From contig OY761159.2 of NCBI GenBank assembly GCA_963664395.2, positions 224,001 to 288,000 of the forward strand: a DNA stretch of 64,000 bases. The letters run 5' to 3'. Origin of the DNA: Candidatus Binatia bacterium. Its GTDB lineage: Bacteria; Desulfobacterota; Binatia; Bin18. This document shows positions 17,978 to 27,833 of the stretch, piece by piece. Position numbers and translations under genes: made by a program. The notes under the pieces are model-generated. The model saw only the letters and a list, made by a program, of their open reading frames with translations, was not told the origin of the DNA and made no database searches. Each line of letters opens with the position of its first letter. Position 1 is the first letter of the stretch.

Positions 17978-19225
17978 ATGAAGGTATCTATGTTTCACCT
18001 GATGCCCTACCGGGACCTGCCGGACGATTTTGAGAAAAAGTATCACTCGGTCTGGGTTGATCCGCCTTGGACGGAATTGGGAGACCCGGAGAAAGTCGGC
18101 CAGTATTACAACTGGTCGCTGGACGAATTGATCCATGCCGCCAAATCCGGCATGGACGGTATCTGCGTGAATGAGCATCATCAGAATGCCTATGGCTGCA
18201 TGCCCAACCCAAACCTGATGGGCTCAGTCCTGGCTCGGGCCACCAATGATATGGACGTGGCGATAGTGCAAATGGGCTCCACGTTGCCGACGACCAACCC
18301 TCCCACGCGAGTGGCCGAAGAATACGGCATGCTCGACACCATCAGCGGCGGCCGTTTAGTCGCCGGTATGCCTTTGGGAACGGCAATGGATGCCACCTTG
18401 TGCGCCGGCATTACGCCGATTGAGCAGCGCGAGCGCTATTACGAGGCCCATGATTTGATCCTCAAAGCCTGGACCGCTCAAGATATCTTTGCCTGGAACG
18501 GCAAATACTATCAGTTGCCCAAGGTCAACGTCTGGCCGCGACCGATCCAACAGCCGCATCCGCCGATCTGGATTCCAGGATTCGGCAGTCTCAGCACCTG
18601 GGAATTTGCGGCCCAACACAACCATTGCTACTGCTTTTTAAGCTATTACGGCCCCAAGACCGGCAAAAGCGTGATGGATGGCTTTTGGCAATTCATCGGC
18701 GAACGCGACATTGAGCCCAACCCCTACCGGGCCGGTTTTCTGCAACTCGTGGCCGTCGCCGAAACCGACGCCAAAGCCGAAGCCCTGTATGAAAAGCATA
18801 TCCAATACTTCTACAACAAATCCTTGCACATCCCACCCGAGTACTTCTTCCCGCCGGGCCATCAGGATTATCGCAGCCTGGAAAACAACGTGCGCAAGGG
18901 CATCTTCAAGAGCTATTTTGATAAGCTCGACAAAATCCCCAACTGGAAGTTCAAAGACTTTGTGGACGAAGGCTTTGTGATTGCCGGCAGTCCGTCAACC
19001 GTGCGCGATATGCTCACCGATGCGGTCAAAGACCTGCGGATCGGCAACCTGATGGTATTGCTGCACATTGGCTCCATGCCGCATGACCTCACCCTCAAAA
19101 ACATCGATATGTTCAGCAGCGAAGTCATGCCCCATATCCACGATGTGTGGGACAACCAGTGGGAGAATCACTGGTGGCCGGAAAAGCTGCGGACTAAGCG
19201 CCAGGCCTCGATTGCGGCGCTGTAA
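17978..19225 (+). CDS. LLM-class flavin-dependent oxidoreductase
   Basis: DGICVNEHHQ, PTRVAEEYGMLDTISGGRLVAG, WPRPIQQPHPPIW, IAGSPSTV. Confidence 0.92.
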   Translation: MKVSMFHLMPYRDLPDDFEKKYHSVWVDPPWTELGDPEKVGQYYNWSLDELIHAAKSGMDGICVNEHHQNAYGCMPNPNLMGSVLARATNDMDVAIVQMGSTLPTTNPPTRVAEEYGMLDTISGGRLVAGMPLGTAMDATLCAGITPIEQRERYYEAHDLILKAWTAQDIFAWNGKYYQLPKVNVWPRPIQQPHPPIWIPGFGSLSTWEFAAQHNHCYCFLSYYGPKTGKSVMDGFWQFIGERDIEPNPYRAGFLQLVAVAETDAKAEALYEKHIQYFYNKSLHIPPEYFFPPGHQDYRSLENNVRKGIFKSYFDKLDKIPNWKFKDFVDEGFVIAGSPSTVRDMLTDAVKDLRIGNLMVLLHIGSMPHDLTLKNIDMFSSEVMPHIHDVWDNQWENHWWPEKLRTKRQASIAAL

Positions 19226-19249
19226 GGGCAAAAGTAAAAGGAAAAACAG

Positions 19250-20047
19250 ATGGTCGCAGTCCAAGAACAAACCGTTAGTGTCTGGGAAAACCGGATCAGC
19301 CCCAAAGTCCAAGTCGCCGGAAGCGGGCCACCGGTGGTGTTTCTGCACGGCGCGTATGGACTGACCTGGGATCCGTTTTTAGATGGTCTGGCAGAGCACT
19401 TCACCGTGTATGCGCCCGAGCATCCCGGTACGACCTTAGGCGATCCGGATGGTATTAAGCCCTTGGATAATTTATGGGACTTGGTGCTGTATTACGACGA
19501 GCTGTTTGCCCAGCTCGGCTTAGACAATCCAACGGTCATCGGTCATTCGTTTGGCGGTATGGTCGCCGCGGAGATCGCCGCCTGCTATCCGCAGCGGGTT
19601 GGCAAACTGGTGTTGCTGAGTCCAATCGGCCTCTGGCGGGACGACGTCCCGGTCAAAAACTGGATGATCATGCCTCTGGAAGAGGTGGTCAAAGCTGTCT
19701 TCTACGACCCCAGTGGCCCCCTCGCCCAGCAGATGCTGAGCGTACCGGAGGACGAGAAGGAAGCCCAGGACCTGCAAATTCGGGTGACCTGGTCACTCGC
19801 CTGCACCGGCAAATTTATCTGGCCCATTCCGGATAAAGGACTCAAGAAACGTATCCACCGGATTGCGTCGCCTACTTTGATTATCTGGGGCACCGGGGAC
19901 AAGCTCGTCCCACCGGTCTATGCCGAGGAGTTTGGCAGTCGGATTGCCGGCTCACGGATTGAAATGGTTGAGCAGGCGGCCCACGTTCCTCAGCTCGAAC
20001 AGCTTGAGCACGTCTCCGGCCTGGTCCGGGATTTTATTCAGTCTTAA
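19250..20047 (+). CDS. Alpha/beta fold hydrolase
   Basis: VFLHGA, nucleophile elbow GHSFGG, TLIIWG.GD, AAHVPQLE. Confidence 0.9.
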   Translation: MVAVQEQTVSVWENRISPKVQVAGSGPPVVFLHGAYGLTWDPFLDGLAEHFTVYAPEHPGTTLGDPDGIKPLDNLWDLVLYYDELFAQLGLDNPTVIGHSFGGMVAAEIAACYPQRVGKLVLLSPIGLWRDDVPVKNWMIMPLEEVVKAVFYDPSGPLAQQMLSVPEDEKEAQDLQIRVTWSLACTGKFIWPIPDKGLKKRIHRIASPTLIIWGTGDKLVPPVYAEEFGSRIAGSRIEMVEQAAHVPQLEQLEHVSGLVRDFIQS

Positions 20048-20081
20048 CCCTGTCACAGAAGAAGGAAGAAGGAGGTAGAGA

Positions 20082-20450
20082 ATGATTAGTTATGTCACGC
20101 TCGGAACGAACGATTTGGATCGTGCGGCCAAGTATTATGACGAACTCTTGGCCGAATTTGGCGCCAAGCGCATGATGGAGAATGAGCGCATTATCTTATG
20201 GGGCACCGCAGGGGCTCCGATGCTGGCGGTGTGTAAGCCGTTTGATGAGAATGCGGCCTCGGTCGGCAATGGCGTGATGGTCGCGCTCGCCGCGAGCAGC
20301 GCGGAACAAGTTGCCACAATCTATGCGAAGGCGCTGGAGTTGGGCGGTACGGACGAAGGTGCGCCCGGACCACGGGGTGGCGGTGGCATGACCATCGGTT
20401 ATTTTCGTGATCTGGACGGCAACAAGCTCAACGCCATCCATATGGGGTAA
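20082..20450 (+). CDS. VOC/glyoxalase family protein
   Basis: ISYVTLGTNDL, GNGVMVAL, GGTDEGAPGPR, YFRDLDGNKL. Confidence 0.92.
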   Translation: MISYVTLGTNDLDRAAKYYDELLAEFGAKRMMENERIILWGTAGAPMLAVCKPFDENAASVGNGVMVALAASSAEQVATIYAKALELGGTDEGAPGPRGGGGMTIGYFRDLDGNKLNAIHMG

Positions 20451-20476
20451 ATTCGCAGACTGTGCGTTTGTAACAG

Positions 20477-20505
20477 AAGGTGGGGTCATTCGACCCCACC
20501 TTTTT
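20477..20505 (+). terminator. Rho-independent terminator
   Basis: GGTGGGGTC-attc-GACCCCACC followed by TTTTT. Confidence 0.8.
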
Positions 20506-20559
20506 CGTTCCCAACAGCTACCCCATCTCCCCGTCCCTCTAGCCATCCCGACAATACCC

Positions 20560-21123
20560 ATGCGTACCAAGGTCTGGATTTTTGGCTATGGGTCATTGGT
20601 CTGGAACCCTGGGTTCTCCTTTGAACAGAGTCAGGTCGGCTACATCCGAGGCTGGGCACGGCGTTTTTATCAGGGTTCAACCGACCATAGAGGGATTCCG
20701 GGTTCCCCAGGCCGAGTGGCTACCTTAGTCGCCGATGCCGCAGCCGTGTGTTGGGGCCTGGCCTACCAAGTTGCCGGAGATTCTCTGGCATCTATTTTTT
20801 CTTATCTTGATTATCGAGAGAAAGGCGGGTTTAGCCGCCATCAGGTGGACTTTTATCCCAAGACCGGACCCGCGGATGCCTCTGCGCCCTCCGTTACCAC
20901 CGCCGCTGTCTACATCGCTCGGGACGACAACCCGCACTATCTCGGTCCGGCCTCCGTGCCAGAGATGGCACGCCATATTTTTCATGCCAAGGGGCCGAGC
21001 GGCTCGAATCGGGACTATCTTATCCGACTGGCCGAGAGCTTACGTGGCCTGGGGGTGACGGATACGCATATCACTGAACTCGAACATCACATCCGTCAGC
21101 TTGAAACCCGAGGTCAAGAATAG
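20560..21123 (+). CDS. chaC: Glutathione-specific gamma-glutamylcyclotransferase (ChaC)
   Basis: WIFGYGSLVW, RRFYQGSTDHRG.PGSPGRVATL, LDYREKGG, GPSGSNRDYL. Confidence 0.92.
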   Translation: MRTKVWIFGYGSLVWNPGFSFEQSQVGYIRGWARRFYQGSTDHRGIPGSPGRVATLVADAAAVCWGLAYQVAGDSLASIFSYLDYREKGGFSRHQVDFYPKTGPADASAPSVTTAAVYIARDDNPHYLGPASVPEMARHIFHAKGPSGSNRDYLIRLAESLRGLGVTDTHITELEHHIRQLETRGQE

Positions 21124-21168
21124 ACCAAGCGGCTGAGGCAAAGAGTACGCCTCAGGGACGGCATCGGG

Positions 21169-23010
21169 TCAATCGGGCAGGCCAAAGGCAATCACCGCAT
21201 CGCCCAGAGGGAAATTGAACAATTTGTGTCCACCAGCGGCAACGGCGACAAATTGCTTACCATCCACCGCATACGTCACGGGCGGAGCATTCACTCCAGC
21301 GCCTGCGTTAAAGTGCCATAACTCGGCTCCGTCCTGGGCATTGCGGGCCACAAACTTGCCATTGGATTCACCGTGGAAGACTAATCCACCCGCAGTGGCC
21401 AGGGAGCCGCTCAGCAGCGGTAAATCTGTTTTAACCTGCCATTTGATCTTGCCGTCATTGGGCTCAATGGCGCTCAGGGTTCCCCAGCGTTCGACAGTTT
21501 TATCAAACGAAATGACGATCCGCTCAGGCTGTCCGGCCTCCCCCGGTTTGAGTTGATAGCGCGTCGGGTTGTGGGTCCCCGAGACGTATAACCAGCCGGT
21601 TTGGGGACTGTACGACGTGGGCGGCCAATTTGCTCCGCCCGCCGCTCCTGGCGCAATGAACACCCCTTCAGGTGTCGGTCTGTGGAAGAGCAGTTCGTTT
21701 TGAGGTACGAAGGCTTCTGAGCGGCGCAACGCCTTGCCTGTCACCCGATCAAATATATACAGCCAGCCTGATTTGGAGGCTTCAGCCACTGCTCGCACGG
21801 TTGTTCCATTGGCGGGGAAGTCAAATAAAACCGGCGGCGAGGCAACATCATAGCCCCAAATGTCATGCGGTACGATCTGGTGATACCAACGCAGCTTGCC
21901 GGTCTGAATATCGAGAGCGACGAGCGAGGCGGTGTACAGATTGTCGCCGGGGCGTTTGTAATCATCATAACCAGGCGAAGCATTACCGGTCCCGAAATAG
22001 ATCAGACCCAGCTCGGGATCGACCGACGGTGAGGAATAAATCGAGCCACCGCCCGTCTTCCAGGCATCGCCATATTTGTCCGCGTTGGCACGCTCGGCGG
22101 CAAGGTCACGCCCAAGTACATCACCGAACGAGGTCCGCTCAACAAATTCGCCTTCCCACCCTTCTGAAGCTGTCGCATACCAGCGCCAGACCAACTTCCC
22201 ATCGGTTGCAGCATAGGCGGACAGGAAGGCCCGGAGACCACGCCGGGGACCGGGACGGCCAAGCACAGAAGGATCATCCGCTTCAGCTTCACTGAGTACG
22301 CCACTATAGCCTGTCCCGCTCACTCCAACGAACACCTTGCCGTCGTATACGGCCGGTGCCATGTTGCCGGCAAAGCGCGTCAGCGCTTTGAGTTCGGCGG
22401 CGTTCCCGGGACTTGAGGCGTCTGTCGCTTTGAGCTCTTTGAGCGGCGTGAGGTCAGCCGGGTTTCCGGTCGCAGGATCGACAACCGGCATGTCCCACGC
22501 CACGGCTCCCGTATCAGCATCAAGCGCCATCAGACGCGCGTCTGCGGTGACCATATACAGTCGCCCATAGCCGATAGCGACCCCCCGGTTGTGTGTCCCG
22601 CAACAGAGCGTATCAACCGACATCTCATGCGTGTATCGCCAGCGCTCCGCCCCGGTTGCCGCATCCAGGGCCACGACATGGTTGTACGGCGTGGTGAGAT
22701 ACATCACCCCGTCGGCAACAATGGGATTGGTTGGAAACGTGCCGAGCACCCCGGTCTGATAGATCCACTTCGGCACCAGCCGTTGCACGTTGTCGGTCGT
22801 AATCTGCTCAAGCCCGCTGTAACGCTGATTGGCATAGCCGTGTCCATAGGTCAGCCAGTTGTCGTGGTCGGTGTGGGCTTGGAGTAAACGCGTCTCCTCG
22901 ACCGCCCTGGTCGCCGTACTCCCCAGGCACACGACGGCGACGACCAGGAAAACAATCCGAGTGATGTGTCCAAGTACGGCGGCAATGCTTCGCTGCCCTC
23001 GTTCGTACAT
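21169..23010 (-). CDS. Periplasmic PQQ-binding beta-propeller dehydrogenase-like protein
   Basis: Signal peptide; WLTYGHGYANQRYS.L.QI, vicinal CCGTHNRG, W-docking repeats, GTGN, GGANW, LATAGGLVF, PVTYAVDGKQFVAV. Confidence 0.9.
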   Translation of the reverse strand: MYERGQRSIAAVLGHITRIVFLVVAVVCLGSTATRAVEETRLLQAHTDHDNWLTYGHGYANQRYSGLEQITTDNVQRLVPKWIYQTGVLGTFPTNPIVADGVMYLTTPYNHVVALDAATGAERWRYTHEMSVDTLCCGTHNRGVAIGYGRLYMVTADARLMALDADTGAVAWDMPVVDPATGNPADLTPLKELKATDASSPGNAAELKALTRFAGNMAPAVYDGKVFVGVSGTGYSGVLSEAEADDPSVLGRPGPRRGLRAFLSAYAATDGKLVWRWYATASEGWEGEFVERTSFGDVLGRDLAAERANADKYGDAWKTGGGSIYSSPSVDPELGLIYFGTGNASPGYDDYKRPGDNLYTASLVALDIQTGKLRWYHQIVPHDIWGYDVASPPVLFDFPANGTTVRAVAEASKSGWLYIFDRVTGKALRRSEAFVPQNELLFHRPTPEGVFIAPGAAGGANWPPTSYSPQTGWLYVSGTHNPTRYQLKPGEAGQPERIVISFDKTVERWGTLSAIEPNDGKIKWQVKTDLPLLSGSLATAGGLVFHGESNGKFVARNAQDGAELWHFNAGAGVNAPPVTYAVDGKQFVAVAAGGHKLFNFPLGDAVIAFGLPD

Positions 23011-23144
23011 AGAGAACCTCAATGGTGTGGAAGAGAATTGCTTCTACGTATAGGAAAATCGGTAGAGAAACTACGTGGCCTTTTCACCCTGGGTGTGATT
23101 TGTTTGCCCGGCCAAATGAGCGATACAGCGGATAGGAGTAGCCG

Positions 23145-23954
23145 ATGTTGCAGCAAGCCCTAGATTTCCGAGAAGAGAGTGACGCGGTATGCGCCCTGCT
23201 TGACGGGTTGGACGATCAAGACTGGGGAAAGAAAACTCAGTTCAAAGCGTGGACGATCAACGATATCATCGCCCATCTGCACATGGGCAACTATGCGGCA
23301 GACCTCTCATTGCAGGATACCACGCAGAATACCACGGCCTTCCTGGACTTGGTGAAAGAATTCGCAGCAGGCAGCAAGCAGCACGGACGGCTCGCCTTCA
23401 CCCAGGTCTGGCTCGATGGGTTGCGAGACCGGGCCTTATTGCAGCACTGGCGGGACTTTTATCTTGAGATGGCAGACCGCTTTGCAACGGTGGACCCCAA
23501 AAAACGGGTGCAATGGTTTGGGCCGGACATGAGCGTGCGTTCCAGTATCACGGCGCGCCTGATGGAGACCTGGGCGCACAGTCAGGCCATATACGACCTG
23601 CTGGGGCAAACCCGAACCGACACCGACCGGATCAAGAACGTGGTCGTCATGGGGGTGAATACCTTCGGCTGGACCTTCGCGAACCGCAAGCTCGCCGTGC
23701 CGACGGACGTCCCCTACCTCCGGCTCAGCGCACCGTCGAGAGAGCTATGGGAGTGGAATCAACCGGATCAGGAGAATCGGATCGAGGGCAGCGCCGTCGA
23801 GTTCTGTCAGGTGGTCACGCAGGTACGCAATATCGCGGACACCTCACTTCGAGTGAGTGGCGCTACGGCCACCAGCTGGATGGCCATGGCGCAGTGCTTT
23901 GCCGGCCCACCGGAAGAGCCACCGGCACCGGGAAGCCGCTTTCGGCAAGTCTAA
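23145..23954 (+). CDS. TIGR03084-like metal-binding protein (MDMPI/DinB superfamily)
   Basis: WTINDIIAHLH, WFGPDMSVRSSITARLMETWAH, GSAVEFCQVVTQVRN, AQCFAGPP. Confidence 0.85.
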   Translation: MLQQALDFREESDAVCALLDGLDDQDWGKKTQFKAWTINDIIAHLHMGNYAADLSLQDTTQNTTAFLDLVKEFAAGSKQHGRLAFTQVWLDGLRDRALLQHWRDFYLEMADRFATVDPKKRVQWFGPDMSVRSSITARLMETWAHSQAIYDLLGQTRTDTDRIKNVVVMGVNTFGWTFANRKLAVPTDVPYLRLSAPSRELWEWNQPDQENRIEGSAVEFCQVVTQVRNIADTSLRVSGATATSWMAMAQCFAGPPEEPPAPGSRFRQV

Positions 23955-23973
23955 TTCTGGGTTGGCGACACTA

Positions 23974-24186
23974 ATGATCACAGAGAGTATGTTTGTCCTC
24001 GCAGTCCCGAATCTAGAAGTATCGGAGGTGTCCTATCGAGACGTGTTTGGTTTTAAAATTCAGGAAATGGGGACCCAGTTTGGCGCCTCTTCGTACGAGA
24101 TTCATGTCAGATCGTAGCCGGAGAGTGTCCGGCCACGATTCCAGTCACAGAGCTTTACGATCACTCGTACTTTGCTGATATTGCAG
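23974..24186 (+). pseudogene. VOC-family gene, frameshifted and truncated
   Basis: FVLAVPNLE...YRDVFGF, then after a 1-nt shift near 24070 DPVWRLFVRDSCQIVAGECP...DHSYFA; similarity ends at GTTAGAC. Confidence 0.7.
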
Positions 24187-24207
24187 TTAGACACTTCAGG
24201 ATAGATT

Positions 24208-24954
24208 ATGCATCCATCCCTCAAGGAAATCGCAGTGAACATGTCCAAGCGATCGCCAAATGACGAGCTTGAGCACTACGCGGTTACAATACTTGCGGAC
24301 GAAGAGGGCAATCCATGTTGGACATGCCAAAGTTATTGGGTGGGATTCGAGGACGAGGAACGTAAGATTGAGCTTAGACAGGCCCGTCTTGTACTAGCGA
24401 GCAACTTAACGCAAGTACTTCGAGATAGTCTAAAGGAAGGATGTTTGGTTGTCGAGACACCTAACGAACTGGCTATCTTCTTTTTGCTTGGCGGGCACGC
24501 AGTTATTGAACGGATCCTTGCAGAAACGGCTCTGCCTGAAGTCTTGAAGCCACATCCGGTCGTCCAAACGGGATTTACCGGTTTCCGGTCCACCAAGGAC
24601 ATGCCAAAAACCGTATTTCAGAGGGCAACGACCAAAAGGCAGAGAATGAGCATTCTTAAGCGAGATGGATATCGCTGCAAGATATGCGGTAGATCAGCCT
24701 ATAACAACGTTGATGTAACACTTCACGTGCACCACATCCGCCCGTGGGCCGAACGGGGACTAACGCACGACGACAATCTAATCACATTGTGTCACACCTG
24801 CCATGAAGGTCTCGATCCCCATTACGAACTAAGCCTTTTCGGTCTTCTAACCGAGTCTGGCGAGCTTCTCGATGTGGAAAGCTCAAGGAGGAAGCATCTC
24901 GAAGCCGTCAGGCGCTATCGAGAAGAGAGCTTTAAGAGGCTGCGAGAACTCTGA
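24208..24954 (+). CDS. HNH endonuclease with unknown N-terminal domain
   Basis: ILKRDGYRCKICG...LHVHHIRPWAERG.THDDNLITLCHTCH; low GC. Confidence 0.88.
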   Translation: MHPSLKEIAVNMSKRSPNDELEHYAVTILADEEGNPCWTCQSYWVGFEDEERKIELRQARLVLASNLTQVLRDSLKEGCLVVETPNELAIFFLLGGHAVIERILAETALPEVLKPHPVVQTGFTGFRSTKDMPKTVFQRATTKRQRMSILKRDGYRCKICGRSAYNNVDVTLHVHHIRPWAERGLTHDDNLITLCHTCHEGLDPHYELSLFGLLTESGELLDVESSRRKHLEAVRRYREESFKRLREL

Positions 24955-25092
24955 CACTTAGAAGTTATGCAGAAATCCAGCCGACCTTAACGAATAATAC
25001 GTCATAGGACTCGAATCCGGCTCCCTTTCGCTTCCCCTCACAAATCCACCGCATGCTCTGAGAGTGGGTAATCCAACTCCATTCCAACACAT

Positions 25093-25800
25093 TCAGAATT
25101 TTTCCTTGAACGGCCGAACGTCGATCTCGGTCGTCCAGGAACTGCGGTCCTGATGGGCCATATGCCAATACGTCTCGGCAATGGCCTCGGGCTTGAGCAT
25201 GTCGTCCGCGGCCATATTGGGATAGTTGCGGCCCGGGATGTCGATTACGCCGTCAACATTGACCCAACCCACATGAATGCCTTTGGGACCCAGGTCACGC
25301 GCCAGCGATTGCACTAAGCCGCGCAGGGCAAACTTGGCCGGGCCGAAGGCCACTGAGCGGGGGCCGGCCTTGACGCCGGCGGTCGCACCGGTAAACAGCA
25401 TGGCACCACGCCCGCGCTCAAGCATGTCCGGGACCACTTCTTTCGCGCTGAGAAATGCGCCATAGGCGTTGACCCGCCAGTTGGCTTCGTACTGTTCCGG
25501 GGTTATATCGGCGATTGTGCCAAAGGCGCCCCCACCGGCGTTATACAGCAGTATCTCGGGCGGGCCGAGCTGTTCACGGATTGTCTTGAACAGCGTCTCA
25601 ATCTGGGCTCGGTCGCTCAGGTCAGCCGGGACCTCGCAGACCTGGCCTCCTTCGGCGCGGATTTCTTCCGCCAGCGATTTGAGATATTCCGCGCGGCGGG
25701 CGTTAATGGCCACGGCATATTCTTTTGCAAAACGATGAGCCAGCGCGGCCCCCAAACCCGGACCAACTCCAAGCACTGCGACAACTGGTTTTTCTGCCAT
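25093..25800 (-). CDS. Short-chain dehydrogenase/reductase (SDR)
   Basis: GVGPGLGAA, LLYNAG, FTGATA, FGPAKFALRGL, GIHVGWVNVDGVID. Confidence 0.92.
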   Translation of the reverse strand: MAEKPVVAVLGVGPGLGAALAHRFAKEYAVAINARRAEYLKSLAEEIRAEGGQVCEVPADLSDRAQIETLFKTIREQLGPPEILLYNAGGGAFGTIADITPEQYEANWRVNAYGAFLSAKEVVPDMLERGRGAMLFTGATAGVKAGPRSVAFGPAKFALRGLVQSLARDLGPKGIHVGWVNVDGVIDIPGRNYPNMAADDMLKPEAIAETYWHMAHQDRSSWTTEIDVRPFKEKF

Positions 25801-25949
25801 AAGAACGTCCTTTCGTTTCTGAGGGCCAAAAAGTACGACGGAAATGGATTAGACGCAAGCGGTAGAGGACAAGCGTTTGCAGCGAACAGCCATCTGATAT
25901 ACCTATCGGCCTCTGTCAGCGACAGCAGCGAGAGGCAGAGGAGAGATGT

Positions 25950-26933
25950 ATGCACGATGTCAAGTTTGGCTTGTTCCTACCCACGGGGGACTTTGCCGCG
26001 GCCAAGCAGGTCGCACTCCGCGCCGAGCACGATGGCTTTTATTCGGTGTCGATTAACGATCACTTTTTTTCTCCGTTGGGCACGCCGCAGGTGCCGCAGT
26101 TGGAGTGCTTTACCACCCTGACCGCGGTTGCCGCCGTGACCGACCGTATCCGCCTGACACCCACGGTCACAGCCGCCTCGTTTCGTCCACCCCCGCTGCT
26201 GGCCAAGATTACGTCCACTCTGGACCAAGTCAGTAATGGGCGGCTGACCCTGGGCTTGGGAGCCGGCTGGCAGCAATCGGAATACGATGCCCACGGCTAT
26301 GCCTATCCTTCCAACGTGGAACGCCTGGCACAAATGGCCGAGGCTATCCAGGTACTCAAAGCCATGTGGACCCAGGCAGAGCCCACGTTTCACGGACAGT
26401 ATTACTCAATCGAGAGGGCCTATAATAATCCACGGCCAGTGCAACAGCCCCGCCCGCCGCTCATGCTGGGCGGCTCTGGTAGCGGCCTGCTCAAAATCGC
26501 TGCGGCCGAAGCCGACATCCTCAATATCATCCCGCCTATTTTTAACGGTAAAGACTTTGTGAACGACCCGGCCGCAACCGTCGCCTTTGACACGGCCCAA
26601 CTCAAACGGCGGATTGGCATGTTCCGCACATATGTCGGCGAGGTCGGCCGCGACCCGCAGCACATTGAGCTGGGGGGCATGGTCATGCTGTGTGTGTCCA
26701 ATACGGCCGAAGATCCCGCGTTTGGCAGAATTGCGTCCCGCCTGGGATTTCCTGATGTTGAAACGGCACGCCGCTCACCGCTGCTCTGTATGGGTACTCC
26801 GGACGAGGTCAGGCGTGATCTCACCACGCGCATTGAAGACCTGGGCCTCACGTATTTCATCCTCATCGCGGCATCTGCGGATACGCAGGCACTCTTCGTC
26901 AAGAATGTCATGCCCGAGTTTGTGTCCCGCTAG
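25950..26933 (+). CDS. LLM-class (possibly F420-dependent) oxidoreductase
   Basis: NDHF, FRPPPLLAKITSTLDQVSNGRLTLGLGAGW, PRPVQQPRPPLMLGGSG. Confidence 0.9.
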   Translation: MHDVKFGLFLPTGDFAAAKQVALRAEHDGFYSVSINDHFFSPLGTPQVPQLECFTTLTAVAAVTDRIRLTPTVTAASFRPPPLLAKITSTLDQVSNGRLTLGLGAGWQQSEYDAHGYAYPSNVERLAQMAEAIQVLKAMWTQAEPTFHGQYYSIERAYNNPRPVQQPRPPLMLGGSGSGLLKIAAAEADILNIIPPIFNGKDFVNDPAATVAFDTAQLKRRIGMFRTYVGEVGRDPQHIELGGMVMLCVSNTAEDPAFGRIASRLGFPDVETARRSPLLCMGTPDEVRRDLTTRIEDLGLTYFILIAASADTQALFVKNVMPEFVSR

Positions 26934-26951
26934 AGTGAGGACAGTCCATAC

Positions 26952-27833
26952 ATGGCACACATCGGCACGTTGAATGAACTCCGGGTTGTCAAAGAAACAT
27001 ACAGCGGAGTCTATCTCGACGCGGGAGAACTCGGCGAAATACTACTCCCCCAGCAATATGTTCCCGCTCATTGCCGGACGGGCGAACTCCTGACCGTTTT
27101 TCTCTACACGGATTCCGAGGATCGCCCGATTGCCACCACGGAGTCGCCCCATGCCGTGGTCGGCGACTTTGCCTTGCTCACCGTTGTTGCCGAGACGCCG
27201 GTCGGCGCTTTTCTCGATTGGGGGTTACCCAAGGATCTGCTGGTTCCTTTTCGGGAACAAAACACTCCTATGAAAAAGGGGCGCTCCTATATCGTCAGAG
27301 TATATCTTGATGAGCGGAGTCAGCGTGTCGTCGCCTCGGCAAAACTCGACCGCTTTCTGTCCGATACCTCGGATGATCTTCACGCCGGCCAGGAAGTCGA
27401 TCTCCTCGTCTGCAACTGGACGACGCTTGGGCGCAAGGTCATTATCAATCGCTCGCAGTGGGGCCTGCTGCACTCCGGCGACATCTATCAGCCGCTTCAA
27501 AGAGGGCAACGGCTGACCGGCTTCGTCAAGACCGTGCGAGAGGATATGAAGATTGACGTCTGTCTGCACCAGCCGGGGTATGCAAAAATCCAGGACATAA
27601 GCGCGGCAATCATGGCCGCCCTGGAACAACACGGCGGCCGCATTCCCGTGACTGACAAGAGTACGCCTGAGCATATTAGTCAGTGGTTCGGGGTGAGCAA
27701 GAAGACCTATAAAAAAGCCCTGGGAGCTCTGTATAAGAAAAGATTAGTGACCCTGACGGATACCCATGTCAGTCTGAATCAGAACAGCCCGAATCAGAAC
27801 AGCCCGAATCAGGCCAAAGTCACGCGGCCTTGA
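26952..27833 (+). CDS. cvfB: CvfB-family S1 RNA-binding protein
   Basis: GVYLD.G.LGEILLP, VFLYTDSEDRPIATT, GAFLDWGLPKDLLVP, FGVSKKTYKKALGALYK. Confidence 0.9.
   Translation: MAHIGTLNELRVVKETYSGVYLDAGELGEILLPQQYVPAHCRTGELLTVFLYTDSEDRPIATTESPHAVVGDFALLTVVAETPVGAFLDWGLPKDLLVPFREQNTPMKKGRSYIVRVYLDERSQRVVASAKLDRFLSDTSDDLHAGQEVDLLVCNWTTLGRKVIINRSQWGLLHSGDIYQPLQRGQRLTGFVKTVREDMKIDVCLHQPGYAKIQDISAAIMAALEQHGGRIPVTDKSTPEHISQWFGVSKKTYKKALGALYKKRLVTLTDTHVSLNQNSPNQNSPNQAKVTRP
27776..27812 (+). repeat. 15-bp tandem repeat (2.5 copies)
   Basis: GAATCAGAACAGCCC x2 + GAATCAG, encoding NQNSP NQNSP NQ. Confidence 0.9.
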
